Made by a program: the position numbers and the translations under genes
Part shown: one piece after another, positions 1-8,820 of the stretch
Layout: every line of letters begins with the position of its first letter
Numbering within the stretch: position 1 is the stretch's first letter
IMG/VR virus record: IMGVR_UViG_3300021963_000167
Coordinates: 1-53,091 of that record
Origin: a virus
Taxonomy: Duplodnaviria > Caudoviricetes
Strand: one strand, 5' to 3'
Length of the DNA stretch: 53,091 nt
Notes under the pieces: generated by a model
Told to the model about the DNA's origin: nothing
The model's input: only the letters and a program-made list of their open reading frames with translations
Database searches by the model: none

Positions 1-1403
1 ACCATAAGTGGAGTTCCCGAGACTGTTGCATTTGTGAGTGAAAATGATGATGCATTTCCCAATTTTTCAAAAGTAGGTGATGTAGTATAGGTTGGTTCAA
101 GATATAAAAACACAACAGCAGGAGCACCACCAGTAACAGTAGCACCGCAAGTAAGTTTTTTAATTATAAGTTCTCTACTATTAATTTTATTGTTTGATGT
201 AAGGTTACTCTTGACTGAAATTAAGTGTGAAATAGTATCTGCTGGTATTGCAGTGCTTCTTATTGAATATGCTGCAAGTGGATAATCAGTTGGAGCAATA
301 TATCCTTCAATTGCACCCATAACTGATGCTCCACATATAGTCACACCAAGTCCAGAATTTCCTGATAGTTCTGCAGCGACATATCCAATTTTAAGTGATG
401 GATTATCTAAATGGACATCATCATTTTCATTACTATAATGATCGTGATGAATAAAAATCATATCTCCATTAGTTGGATTTTCTATCGCATAACGCATTTC
501 TCCGGCACCTAACCAACGGAAATTAATTTGAAACACATTTAACTTTTGTGGATTGAGAGTTACCAGAGATGGATTGGTTGTTCCACCAACACCAGTAAGA
601 TTATCTTCATTCCAATCTTCCTGATAGACCCAATTTTCTGTTTGATTAACTCCTATTTGCGCCGTTGATGATGTTGCAACAAGTGTTCCACTACTCGTCA
701 TAGAGAAGGTTCCACTCTTTGGTCCAAGACTATTTGAGAGGAATATTACCTCATTACTTTTATAATCTACCGTCCATCCCGAAAATGTATGAGTTCCAAT
801 TCCTGCAGCATTATCAAAAGTAGTTGATCCTGCACCAATACTTACTGTTGTAGCAGTTCCTGCAAGAGTAACAGTAATATTTTCTGTTCCTGATGCTTTG
901 GTGTTTATAGTAAATCTGTGAATGTGTGCCTTTCCACCATTTGCACGAACAATACCAAACTTACCATCAGTATTATATCCAACCTGAAGTGCTTGTTCTT
1001 GAGTAAAGAATCCTGCTCTTTGAGAATATCCAGTTCTTCCTTCATCAAATTTTGCAGTAAATCTTGCAAGAGCACCTTGACCTGGACGATACCTTACTGT
1101 TTTTTTAGAACGAACGACTCCATATCCATAAGCACCAGTTCCTGTTGATGCTTGAATTAAAGTATTAGAAGTTGTAATTCCCGTTCCAAAAGAATATCTT
1201 TCGATTTTATTTGAATCAAATCCATAAAGTCCATCAAACTGAACAACTGGTGTTGGACTAACTGTGAGTAATTCCCCAAAAGCACTTCTAGAAGATGCTC
1301 CATCATTTATAAGTTTCCCATATTGATCTGCACGAATATAAACTTCGTGAAGACTTCTTTCCTGATTTAGATAATCTTGTGTAGTCTTATTCCACTGGGC
1401 CAT
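1..1403 (-). CDS. Virion structural protein, partial (runs off window start)
   Basis: Not in track. ATG at 1403, MAQWNKTTQDYLNQERSLHEVY...VRYRPGQGALARF...; frame spot-checked at the start and at position 1; Gly/Thr-rich; in the late operon. Confidence 0.75.
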   Translation of the reverse strand, partial: MAQWNKTTQDYLNQERSLHEVYIRADQYGKLINDGASSRSAFGELLTVSPTPVVQFDGLYGFDSNKIERYSFGTGITTSNTLIQASTGTGAYGYGVVRSKKTVRYRPGQGALARFTAKFDEGRTGYSQRAGFFTQEQALQVGYNTDGKFGIVRANGGKAHIHRFTINTKASGTENITVTLAGTATTVSIGAGSTTFDNAAGIGTHTFSGWTVDYKSNEVIFLSNSLGPKSGTFSMTSSGTLVATSSTAQIGVNQTENWVYQEDWNEDNLTGVGGTTNPSLVTLNPQKLNVFQINFRWLGAGEMRYAIENPTNGDMIFIHHDHYSNENDDVHLDNPSLKIGYVAAELSGNSGLGVTICGASVMGAIEGYIAPTDYPLAAYSIRSTAIPADTISHLISVKSNLTSNNKINSRELIIKKLTCGATVTGGAPAVVFLYLEPTYTTSPTFEKLGNASSFSLTNATVSGTPLM

Positions 1404-1406
1404 TTA

Positions 1407-1727
1407 TCAATCAATCCATTCCAATTTTGATGGGTGATATCTTTGTGTGCTTTTAATATTTAAATTTTTTTCTACAACTGGATAAATTTGGTGAACAACA
1501 GCACCTGGATACTCAGATTGTAGTTGCTCACCAAGATCTCTTGGGGAAGGAATTCCAGTTTTTGTGACCATTTCTAAACGATATAAACTTCCATTCCAAA
1601 CCACATCAGCGATATATTCTTCGCCAACTTGTTGTGGATGTTCTGATTGTGAGTTGATATAAAGATTTCCTGTGAAATCACCGGCAATATTAACTGATTC
1701 TGAGATAAATTGCTCGAAAGATTTCAT
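1407..1727 (-). CDS. Putative internal head protein with T4-type capsid-targeting N-terminus
   Basis: Begins MKSFEQFISE, resembling the T4 internal-protein targeting peptide MKTYQEFIAE; lies just downstream of the portal gene. Confidence 0.65.
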   Translation of the reverse strand: MKSFEQFISESVNIAGDFTGNLYINSQSEHPQQVGEEYIADVVWNGSLYRLEMVTKTGIPSPRDLGEQLQSEYPGAVVHQIYPVVEKNLNIKSTQRYHPSKLEWID

Positions 1728-1728
1728 A

Positions 1729-1890
1729 TCACTCCTCTTCTTGGTCCCCTTGATTAAACATAGAGTTTGCTACTACAGGACGAAAATCATCAATTTTTTC
1801 AGATGCTTTTGTAAAGAGTAACTCTTTAATCTTGTCGCTAATCTGAGATGGAGATTCATCCGTAGAAATCATGTCCATTAAATCATCCAT
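1729..1890 (-). CDS. Small acidic prohead-core-like protein (gp67 position), 53 aa
   Basis: Hand-translated MDDLMDMISTDESPSQISDKIKELLFTKASEKIDDFRPVVANSMFNQGDQEEE; directly after g20; late promoter upstream. Confidence 0.7.
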   Translation of the reverse strand: MDDLMDMISTDESPSQISDKIKELLFTKASEKIDDFRPVVANSMFNQGDQEEE

Positions 1891-1918
1891 TTTTATAATC
1901 CAAGTTAATAGTCGCTTT

Positions 1919-1926
1919 TATTTATA
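1919..1926 (-). promoter_or_regulatory. T4-type late promoter TATAAATA
   Basis: Exact motif ~28 nt upstream of ATG 1890. Confidence 0.7.
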
Positions 1927-3613
1927 TCTCTCCACCCTTGGGCATTTCTACTGCTTTAGTATCTACTTGTGTTACTTTTACATCTGATCTTAAATCGGGT
2001 TCCATTATTGGTTGCCCAAGATCCATTCCTGCAGTTTCTGGTTCTAAAGGCATACCTGTTGCAGGATCTACTGGAATACTTGGATCTGGAATAATACCAT
2101 CCTTAATTTCTTTTTCAATTAATGCATCCTGCTCAATAATTTCAACATCAGTTTGCCTTAAAATTTTACGTCTTACATAATCTTGAGAAAAATATTTACC
2201 AATATAAGGTTCGGCAACTTGAACCATATTCAATCTTTCATTTAATAATTCTGCATCCTTAAGTTCTGCAAAGTGATTATCATATAAGAAATCATATTGA
2301 ATATGCTCATCCATTTGCTGCCAATCTTCTGGCGTAATGATGTTCTTAAGAATGAGTTGAGTTCTCAGCATATCACTAAACATATATGAGAATCTCTTTC
2401 TCAGTCTAGAAACAAACTTACTGAACTTAACTTCATCCCGTAGAATTTCTGAAGAACGACCAAGATTAAAACCACCTTCTCCGTCCATTCTTGAGGGTGG
2501 AACATTCAGGGAACTGTAAAGTTTTTTCTTAAAGTATTCAATATCTGTAATTTCTCCAAGGTTTTGCCCACCCGGAAGAGTCGTAATTTCAGTTCCTCTA
2601 CCACCCTCACGACGAGGTAACCAAAAGTCTTCAAGCATAGACATAAACTTTTTATCATCACGAACCTCACCAGTATTTGCATCATATACTAGTTTGTTGC
2701 GATAACGCATCATTACATCACGGAGATATTGCTCAGCCTTTACCTTAGGAAGATTTCCAACATCAATATAGAAAATACGACGTTCTGGTGCGCGTGATAG
2801 TCTATAAATTACCAAAGAGTCTTCAATCATTCTAAGTTGATTGAGAGACTTAATTGCTTTATGTAAATATGAAAGTGATGATCCTTTATTTCTATCTACA
2901 AGACCGGAAGTACAATAAGTGATAGAATCCTTAGTCATACGAATTCCAGCATTTGATCCACCAAGACCACCTGGTGCTGGAGTTCCTGTTGGATATGTCA
3001 TTTTTGGTTCATATACAAAATATTCTTCAATCTCAGGAAACTCATAATCCATCGGATTATCGACCATTCGATTTGAAACTCTGTACTTATCACCTTCTTT
3101 TTTCTTTGCTTGGCGAACATAGCGCATTTTCATAGCGTCTATGTATCTCAGTTCCTGTATTCCTGCTTCAGGATTTTTAAAATCAATTACTTTGTGATAA
3201 TAAAGTCTACCATCAACATACCAATTTCTATAAATTTCGTGAGATTTTTTATCAAAATCTAAAAGTTCTAAAATATGCTTGAACTCTTGTCTGATTTTCT
3301 TTTTGATACCATCACTAGCGTTCAAATTATCCAAATCAATTTGAACAGGACTGTCATTAGTATCTGATACAATTGCTTCATTTACAATATCTTCAATAGC
3401 ACTATCACACTCTGGGTGAAGTGCCATTTCCCGATATCTTTTAATTAGATCAAATTCGGTTCTGTAAACACCTTCAATATCTACATACGAACCAAAAAAT
3501 CCACTACTTAAATAATGATCAACCCCGTCCTCCTTATTTGGAGGAACGGGGGAAACAACGCCGGATGATAATGGTTCATTATCTTCAATTGAAAAACCAA
3601 AAAGTTTCGCCAT
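1922..3613 (-). CDS. g20: Portal vertex protein
   Basis: YRLSRAPERRIFYIDVGNLPK, EDFWLPRREGGRGTEITTLPGGQNLG motifs. Confidence 0.98.
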   Translation of the reverse strand: MAKLFGFSIEDNEPLSSGVVSPVPPNKEDGVDHYLSSGFFGSYVDIEGVYRTEFDLIKRYREMALHPECDSAIEDIVNEAIVSDTNDSPVQIDLDNLNASDGIKKKIRQEFKHILELLDFDKKSHEIYRNWYVDGRLYYHKVIDFKNPEAGIQELRYIDAMKMRYVRQAKKKEGDKYRVSNRMVDNPMDYEFPEIEEYFVYEPKMTYPTGTPAPGGLGGSNAGIRMTKDSITYCTSGLVDRNKGSSLSYLHKAIKSLNQLRMIEDSLVIYRLSRAPERRIFYIDVGNLPKVKAEQYLRDVMMRYRNKLVYDANTGEVRDDKKFMSMLEDFWLPRREGGRGTEITTLPGGQNLGEITDIEYFKKKLYSSLNVPPSRMDGEGGFNLGRSSEILRDEVKFSKFVSRLRKRFSYMFSDMLRTQLILKNIITPEDWQQMDEHIQYDFLYDNHFAELKDAELLNERLNMVQVAEPYIGKYFSQDYVRRKILRQTDVEIIEQDALIEKEIKDGIIPDPSIPVDPATGMPLEPETAGMDLGQPIMEPDLRSDVKVTQVDTKAVEMPKGGEI

Positions 3614-3642
3614 AATTTATTTTTTAACTTAATTCTTTAGAC

Positions 3643-3650
3643 TATTTATT
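3643..3650 (-). promoter_or_regulatory. Late promoter AATAAATA
   Basis: Motif ~30 nt upstream of g20 start. Confidence 0.6.
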
Positions 3651-4218
3651 ATGCTTCCTCAGTTGAAGGTGTCCAGTACTGAACTTGGAATTCAACAGTA
3701 AATTCTTCTATGGTGTCAGAAGAATCATAAGAAAGGTCAATTGCTGCGATATTAGTTGGAAAAATATCAAAGAATTTGTATGTTGCTGCAGTTTCTAAAC
3801 CAGTTCCTACAGCAGTATTCTTTCCTACTGCACTAACCCCTCTTCTAAATTGCTTAACAAAAGCATCGCACATATAATCATTGGGGTCAGTAAAACCACT
3901 TCCATCAGCATACTGTCCAATTGACTGCATCCACTGTTCCATTGCATCCCTAATAAGGAAATCTTGGTCGTTGATGATAGTTACAGTCCAAGTATCGAAT
4001 GTTCTGTCTCCTGCAACTTTAAAAATTCTTCCTCTAAAAGGAACATCAATAGACGCAATATTTGATGCAGGAAGTGCAGCTGATTTACACAACATTCTAA
4101 AAGTTGGTGTATTGATATTTATTCCTGCAGGTGGCGATGGAATACTTACCTCAAATAGATTGGGGCGGGCTCCACCCCCAATAAGTGCCGATTTAAAGTC
4201 TTGAATAGAGTGTGCCAT
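3649..4218 (-). CDS. g19: Tail tube protein
   Basis: GGARPNLFEV, VPFRGR, AGDRTFDTWTVT, IEEFTVEFQVQYW; between sheath and portal. Confidence 0.96.
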   Translation of the reverse strand: MAHSIQDFKSALIGGGARPNLFEVSIPSPPAGININTPTFRMLCKSAALPASNIASIDVPFRGRIFKVAGDRTFDTWTVTIINDQDFLIRDAMEQWMQSIGQYADGSGFTDPNDYMCDAFVKQFRRGVSAVGKNTAVGTGLETAATYKFFDIFPTNIAAIDLSYDSSDTIEEFTVEFQVQYWTPSTEEA

Positions 4219-4250
4219 TTTTTAAGTCCTCCTTATTTTTTGGTTTAGAA

Positions 4251-6848
4251 TCAAACAGTACCAGCAACTTCTTCAAAACTTACACCCGTTCTAGTTGCAA
4301 CGAATGTGAGTGTAACATAGTTAATAGATTTGGCAGGTTTTAGGTAGATGTCAGCTCTAAATTCATTGTTATCAATAACATCTGGAGTGTTATTTGATGA
4401 ATCACAAACAACTAAGAAACCATAAAGACCACGTTTTGCCTGAACATCACGGAGATATGGTTCAACAATATTTCTAAAGTTTGCTCTTGTTATCTCATCA
4501 TTTAATTCAAAGAGTTGAGCCTGGCCACTTCTTTCGAGTGCTTGTTCAACTGTGAGGAACAAGCGACGAACATTAATTCTATCGAATGCGGATGCATATC
4601 CAAGAGCAGTCTTATCGCCAAAGAGAAGAATACCAATACCAGGTTGTTGAACTATAGCGTTAATTCTTTGGGGATAAAGTTGATCTCTTTGTGCTTTATT
4701 TGGACTATATGCAAGTTTAATTGCATTATTTAAAATTCCTCTTTGCTGTCCTGCAGGCGAGAACCAAGGATAGGCTTGAATACTAGTTCTTACACAAAGT
4801 CCAGCAACATCTGGGTTAGTTGGAATGTATCTGAACTTATTATTAAATCTATCATAGGTGTACTTATATCCAGTATCAAATACTGCATATGAAGATGAAG
4901 GGAGGAAAGAGTAGAATGCAATAATATTATCTGTAATTTGATCTGTCGTTAAATACTGTTTAAGTCCAGTTCCAAATTCGGGTTCGGATACAACATCCCC
5001 TCTATGTGGCGAAAGAACCGCCATACAATCCTTTCTTTGCTCTGCAATTGATATCAGGTGCGCTGCTTTTGCTTGTGATTCAAATTTATCAGCAAGACCA
5101 GGACCCATAATTAAATAATCAATTTGAGTTTCATCTCTATTTGCAAAAAGGTCATAAGAATTGAGTAAATCGCCAAGAGTCGCAGTCATTGTTCCAGTTT
5201 CACCTGGTGTAGAATCTGGATCTCCATAATCCTTACCACCATGTAAAACATACTGAGCATTACCAATTGCACTGAATACTTTATCTTGGGCAGATTCATT
5301 CCATAATCCTTCGCCTACAGTATATGGTGTAAATAACTCAGAAAATCCTGTCTGGAAAACCTCTTCATTATTTTCTCCATCTGAAGGGTTATCTCCAGCA
5401 TAAAGATATTGCGAATACTGTGCAAGATATTCTTTATACCAAATTCTTGTACCAGGATTTACCGCAGAAACTGCGTCAACTGCCTTAGAAAGATTTAAGA
5501 ATTTTTCTAATAAATTACCTTGAATTCCAGTAACATCTCCAGTATCATCAATGACTACAACGTGAATACAATCATTTCTACCATTTCTATCTAAAACATA
5601 TCTGGTAGTTATTGGCTTAGGCGCAATAGATTTCCAATATATGTCAGCATTAACAAGATCAAGTTTTTGCTCATCATACCAATCCTTAACTTGCGACCCT
5701 CCAGTAGGAAGTGCATATGAAGTTACTAATCCAACAGACTCATCTATAAATCTAACAGTTGTTATTCCAGATGTTACAGTTGATGGTCTAATTGAAAATG
5801 CTCTGTTCTTTGCCTTATATGTAATATATTCATCTGCATCAGTACCAATTGCAACTCTAGAAATAATTTTTACATCAACAGAGTCATCTCTAACGCCAGT
5901 AACAATACCTTTGATATATCCAGTGAATGATGAATTTATTCCTGTTGAAAGTGTATATGTTACATTAGTTAAAGAAACTGTAACACCAAGACCAACTCCA
6001 TTATCAGATCTAGCTATAAGAGTATTGTAAGTTGTAGTATTGATACCAATTATTTGATCTGCTTTGTCGTCAATAATGCATACTTTAAGATTATTTGACC
6101 AAGAACCTGGATTTTTTGCAGTGAACATATATCCTGCAACATCATCAGCATAGTTTAACTGATAATCATCAAAGTTTTTAATTTTTAGCTCTGGTTCTCC
6201 AACAACAGAAGTACCATTAGTTGTGTAAATGTCTGTAATCGCAAAAGTAAATCCAATTCCAATTGTTGCTGTAGTAGCAACACCAACTACGCCTGTTCCT
6301 ATGCCAATTACATCATTTTCATTGAAACCATTACCACCATTATTAATTGCAACAGTAACAGTAGATCCTAAACCAGCGGTATCAGCTGCAACTGTAATTG
6401 TAAAAATGGCACCAGTGCCACCTGTGGGAGTTACGCTATAAGTAGAAATCCCTGTTGACGATACAACATAAGTTCCAGGACGCCTATTTGTATTAATTCC
6501 TATTGCTACTGTATCAAGATTGGTGTCAATTGCCTCACCACTTCTAATTCTTCTTGCATTAGCATTGATTAGAGAGTCCGAATCTGTTCTTACAATCTTC
6601 ATTACTCCGCCGTAGGAGAGGAAAGAAGATGCACTCATCCAATATTCATATTGTCCATCAAGAGACAGTGGTTTCCCAAAAACATTAATTAAGTCCTTTT
6701 CTGTCGGAATGTCGATAGGATCATCAACTGGACCTTGTGGAAATGGAGCTGCAATTACTCCAATATTGTCCAATACATTATCAGCTCTTCCTACTGTTAA
6801 ATCAACCTCTCTGATTAGTACACCAGGAGATAATTGAGGAGTCGCCAT
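4251..6848 (-). CDS. g18: Tail sheath protein with inserted Gly/Thr-rich domains
   Basis: LSPGVLIREVDLT, PWFSPAG, GDKT, FDRINVRRLFL, YLKPAKSINYVTLTFVATRTGVSFEE. Confidence 0.97.
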   Translation of the reverse strand: MATPQLSPGVLIREVDLTVGRADNVLDNIGVIAAPFPQGPVDDPIDIPTEKDLINVFGKPLSLDGQYEYWMSASSFLSYGGVMKIVRTDSDSLINANARRIRSGEAIDTNLDTVAIGINTNRRPGTYVVSSTGISTYSVTPTGGTGAIFTITVAADTAGLGSTVTVAINNGGNGFNENDVIGIGTGVVGVATTATIGIGFTFAITDIYTTNGTSVVGEPELKIKNFDDYQLNYADDVAGYMFTAKNPGSWSNNLKVCIIDDKADQIIGINTTTYNTLIARSDNGVGLGVTVSLTNVTYTLSTGINSSFTGYIKGIVTGVRDDSVDVKIISRVAIGTDADEYITYKAKNRAFSIRPSTVTSGITTVRFIDESVGLVTSYALPTGGSQVKDWYDEQKLDLVNADIYWKSIAPKPITTRYVLDRNGRNDCIHVVVIDDTGDVTGIQGNLLEKFLNLSKAVDAVSAVNPGTRIWYKEYLAQYSQYLYAGDNPSDGENNEEVFQTGFSELFTPYTVGEGLWNESAQDKVFSAIGNAQYVLHGGKDYGDPDSTPGETGTMTATLGDLLNSYDLFANRDETQIDYLIMGPGLADKFESQAKAAHLISIAEQRKDCMAVLSPHRGDVVSEPEFGTGLKQYLTTDQITDNIIAFYSFLPSSSYAVFDTGYKYTYDRFNNKFRYIPTNPDVAGLCVRTSIQAYPWFSPAGQQRGILNNAIKLAYSPNKAQRDQLYPQRINAIVQQPGIGILLFGDKTALGYASAFDRINVRRLFLTVEQALERSGQAQLFELNDEITRANFRNIVEPYLRDVQAKRGLYGFLVVCDSSNNTPDVIDNNEFRADIYLKPAKSINYVTLTFVATRTGVSFEEVAGTV

Positions 6849-6881
6849 TTTTTTCTCCGTAATCTCAGTTTAACTAAAAAT

Positions 6882-6889
6882 TATTTATT
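6882..6889 (-). promoter_or_regulatory. Late promoter AATAAATA
   Basis: Motif ~33 nt upstream of g18 start; GGAG RBS in between. Confidence 0.65.
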
Positions 6890-6928
6890 AAAACAATACT
6901 TTACGTGGGGGAAATATGACGCGAATAT

Positions 6929-7159
6929 TTACCAATCGGGATATTCCCATTTGATATTGCATGATAGTCCTTTTTTTGAGGCAATAACTCTTTTTACTGT
7001 ACATTCTTTGCACTCATACGAAAATGAAGATGCAACCGGTCCCCTATCTTTGCGTGTTCTATAAAATCCATCTATTAAATTTTTTACTTCACAGCAAACT
7101 CTACATTCTCTATCTGTAAGTAACAAATGACCTAATTTAATTTGCTTATCTAAATCCAT
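6929..7159 (-). CDS. Small zinc-ribbon protein (CxxC...CxxC)
   Basis: RECRVC...YECKEC; start MDLDKQ at 7159 is coupled to the g17 stop (TAATG). Confidence 0.7.
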   Translation of the reverse strand: MDLDKQIKLGHLLLTDRECRVCCEVKNLIDGFYRTRKDRGPVASSFSYECKECTVKRVIASKKGLSCNIKWEYPDW

Positions 7160-8805
7160 TACATATATTCCCACATATAAGCACGATCTCCATATTCATC
7201 TAGATGCCATCTATCACCATCTTGATCAACAAAACTATCTTCATCTAAACCGTCAGAGACAAATCCAAATGGTGACATATCTTGTTCAATTTGATTCCTT
7301 TGCTCTTCGTACAATCTCTTTCTTACGTCTTGATCCGTAAGTTCTTTAAAGTAATCTTGTGCAACCAACCAAGCATAAATTACGAGACACATTGCTAAGT
7401 CATCGTTACATCCTTCTTCTGCTTCAAACGAATTGTGTTTTTGTATAAAGGTTGTAAGCTCACTAATAATCTCATAATCATTTAAGTATAGTTTATCCTC
7501 CTCAATCATTGTTTTTAGATTTAGACATCCAACTTTTTTTACTGTTTTGGACATCTTAACTCCCAATTGAGTCTTCTTTCCAGAAAACCCTTGCCCCACA
7601 ATTTGACCTGCTCTTCCTCTCATAGAGCACATAAGAAGATTATTATATTCCAAATCATATTGAAGAATGGAAGCCACTTGATCTCCAACATCATTAACTT
7701 CACATAAAATATAAGCATCATTATAACTTTTTGCTATATCGTAAATAATACTTGGAAATAACATTGGTTTTATTTCATTATTTCGATACTTAGCAACTAC
7801 TTTATGTGGGAACTCCGTAATATCTACCACAGCAAACGCAGAGTAATCACTTCCTACGCCTCTAGCAACGTCTACAGTGATTAAATAGTCGTGTTCCTCT
7901 ATAGGATCCACATAAACGTCTAGACCCGCGCTACGGGTCTTAGGGTGGTCATATACGAGAGTTCTGAGTTTGCTTGGAGCAATTAGAGTATCGACAGATC
8001 CTAGAAATTCACATTCAAACTCTACCTTAAACTGAGAGTCTGAAGTATTTGCAATTGTTTGCTTTTTCCACTCTTCATCCCTTCCAGGAACTTCACTCCA
8101 ATGAACATCTGTGAATACATATTCATTTTTACCCTTCTCGGCATCGTGCCACATTCGGTAAAAATGATTCATACCGTGTGGGGTAGAAACTATAATAACT
8201 TTAGTATTTTTTCCGGAAGTAATTGTAGGATAAACTGAAGCGAAGAAAGAATCTGCAATGTGATTTGGAACGAAAGCAAATTCATCCAAAAATAAGATAT
8301 TGAATGACATACCACGAACCGCAGAAGCAGAAGTAGAAGCAGCCAAGATCTTACTTCCATTCTCCAATTCAAGAGATCCTTTGTTCCAAGATATAATACC
8401 TTGCTGCATCCACTTGGGTAGATTTTCATATGCAGTTTGAAGTCTGTCTAAAAGTTCTCTAGCAGTAGCTGCTTTGTTTGCAAGAATACCAATATTTACA
8501 TTATCATTAAAGACTGCATAGTGAAGTAGAAAAGATACCACAGTGGTACTTTTTCCAGTTTGTCTGGGCATCTTACAGATATTGAATCTGTGATTATGGA
8601 AATTTCTAATTAATTTTTCTTGAAAATGATATGGTTTAAATGTCTGCAATCCATGATCAAGAGTTACAATCTTTACATAATTATTTGCAAAATAAACGGG
8701 ATCCTCTTGGCATCTAACAAACTCAAGAATTTGTTCTTGAGTAAATTCAATTGCAGTATTTGCCTTTTTTAATAAAGGATTACCAAGATAAACATCATTT
8801 GACAT
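7159..8805 (-). CDS. g17: Terminase large subunit
   Basis: Walker A PRQTGKST, Walker B LFLDEFAF, STPHG coupling motif, nuclease motifs DVARG and DDLAM. Confidence 0.98.
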   Translation of the reverse strand: MSNDVYLGNPLLKKANTAIEFTQEQILEFVRCQEDPVYFANNYVKIVTLDHGLQTFKPYHFQEKLIRNFHNHRFNICKMPRQTGKSTTVVSFLLHYAVFNDNVNIGILANKAATARELLDRLQTAYENLPKWMQQGIISWNKGSLELENGSKILAASTSASAVRGMSFNILFLDEFAFVPNHIADSFFASVYPTITSGKNTKVIIVSTPHGMNHFYRMWHDAEKGKNEYVFTDVHWSEVPGRDEEWKKQTIANTSDSQFKVEFECEFLGSVDTLIAPSKLRTLVYDHPKTRSAGLDVYVDPIEEHDYLITVDVARGVGSDYSAFAVVDITEFPHKVVAKYRNNEIKPMLFPSIIYDIAKSYNDAYILCEVNDVGDQVASILQYDLEYNNLLMCSMRGRAGQIVGQGFSGKKTQLGVKMSKTVKKVGCLNLKTMIEEDKLYLNDYEIISELTTFIQKHNSFEAEEGCNDDLAMCLVIYAWLVAQDYFKELTDQDVRKRLYEEQRNQIEQDMSPFGFVSDGLDEDSFVDQDGDRWHLDEYGDRAYMWEYM

Positions 8806-8820
8806 AATAAAACCTATTTG

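Noticed and set aside
1922-8805. Introns or inteins in g20, g18 or g17
   Set aside because: ORFs are continuous and no intein or intron signatures were seen; extra gp18 length is Gly/Thr-rich structural sequence.
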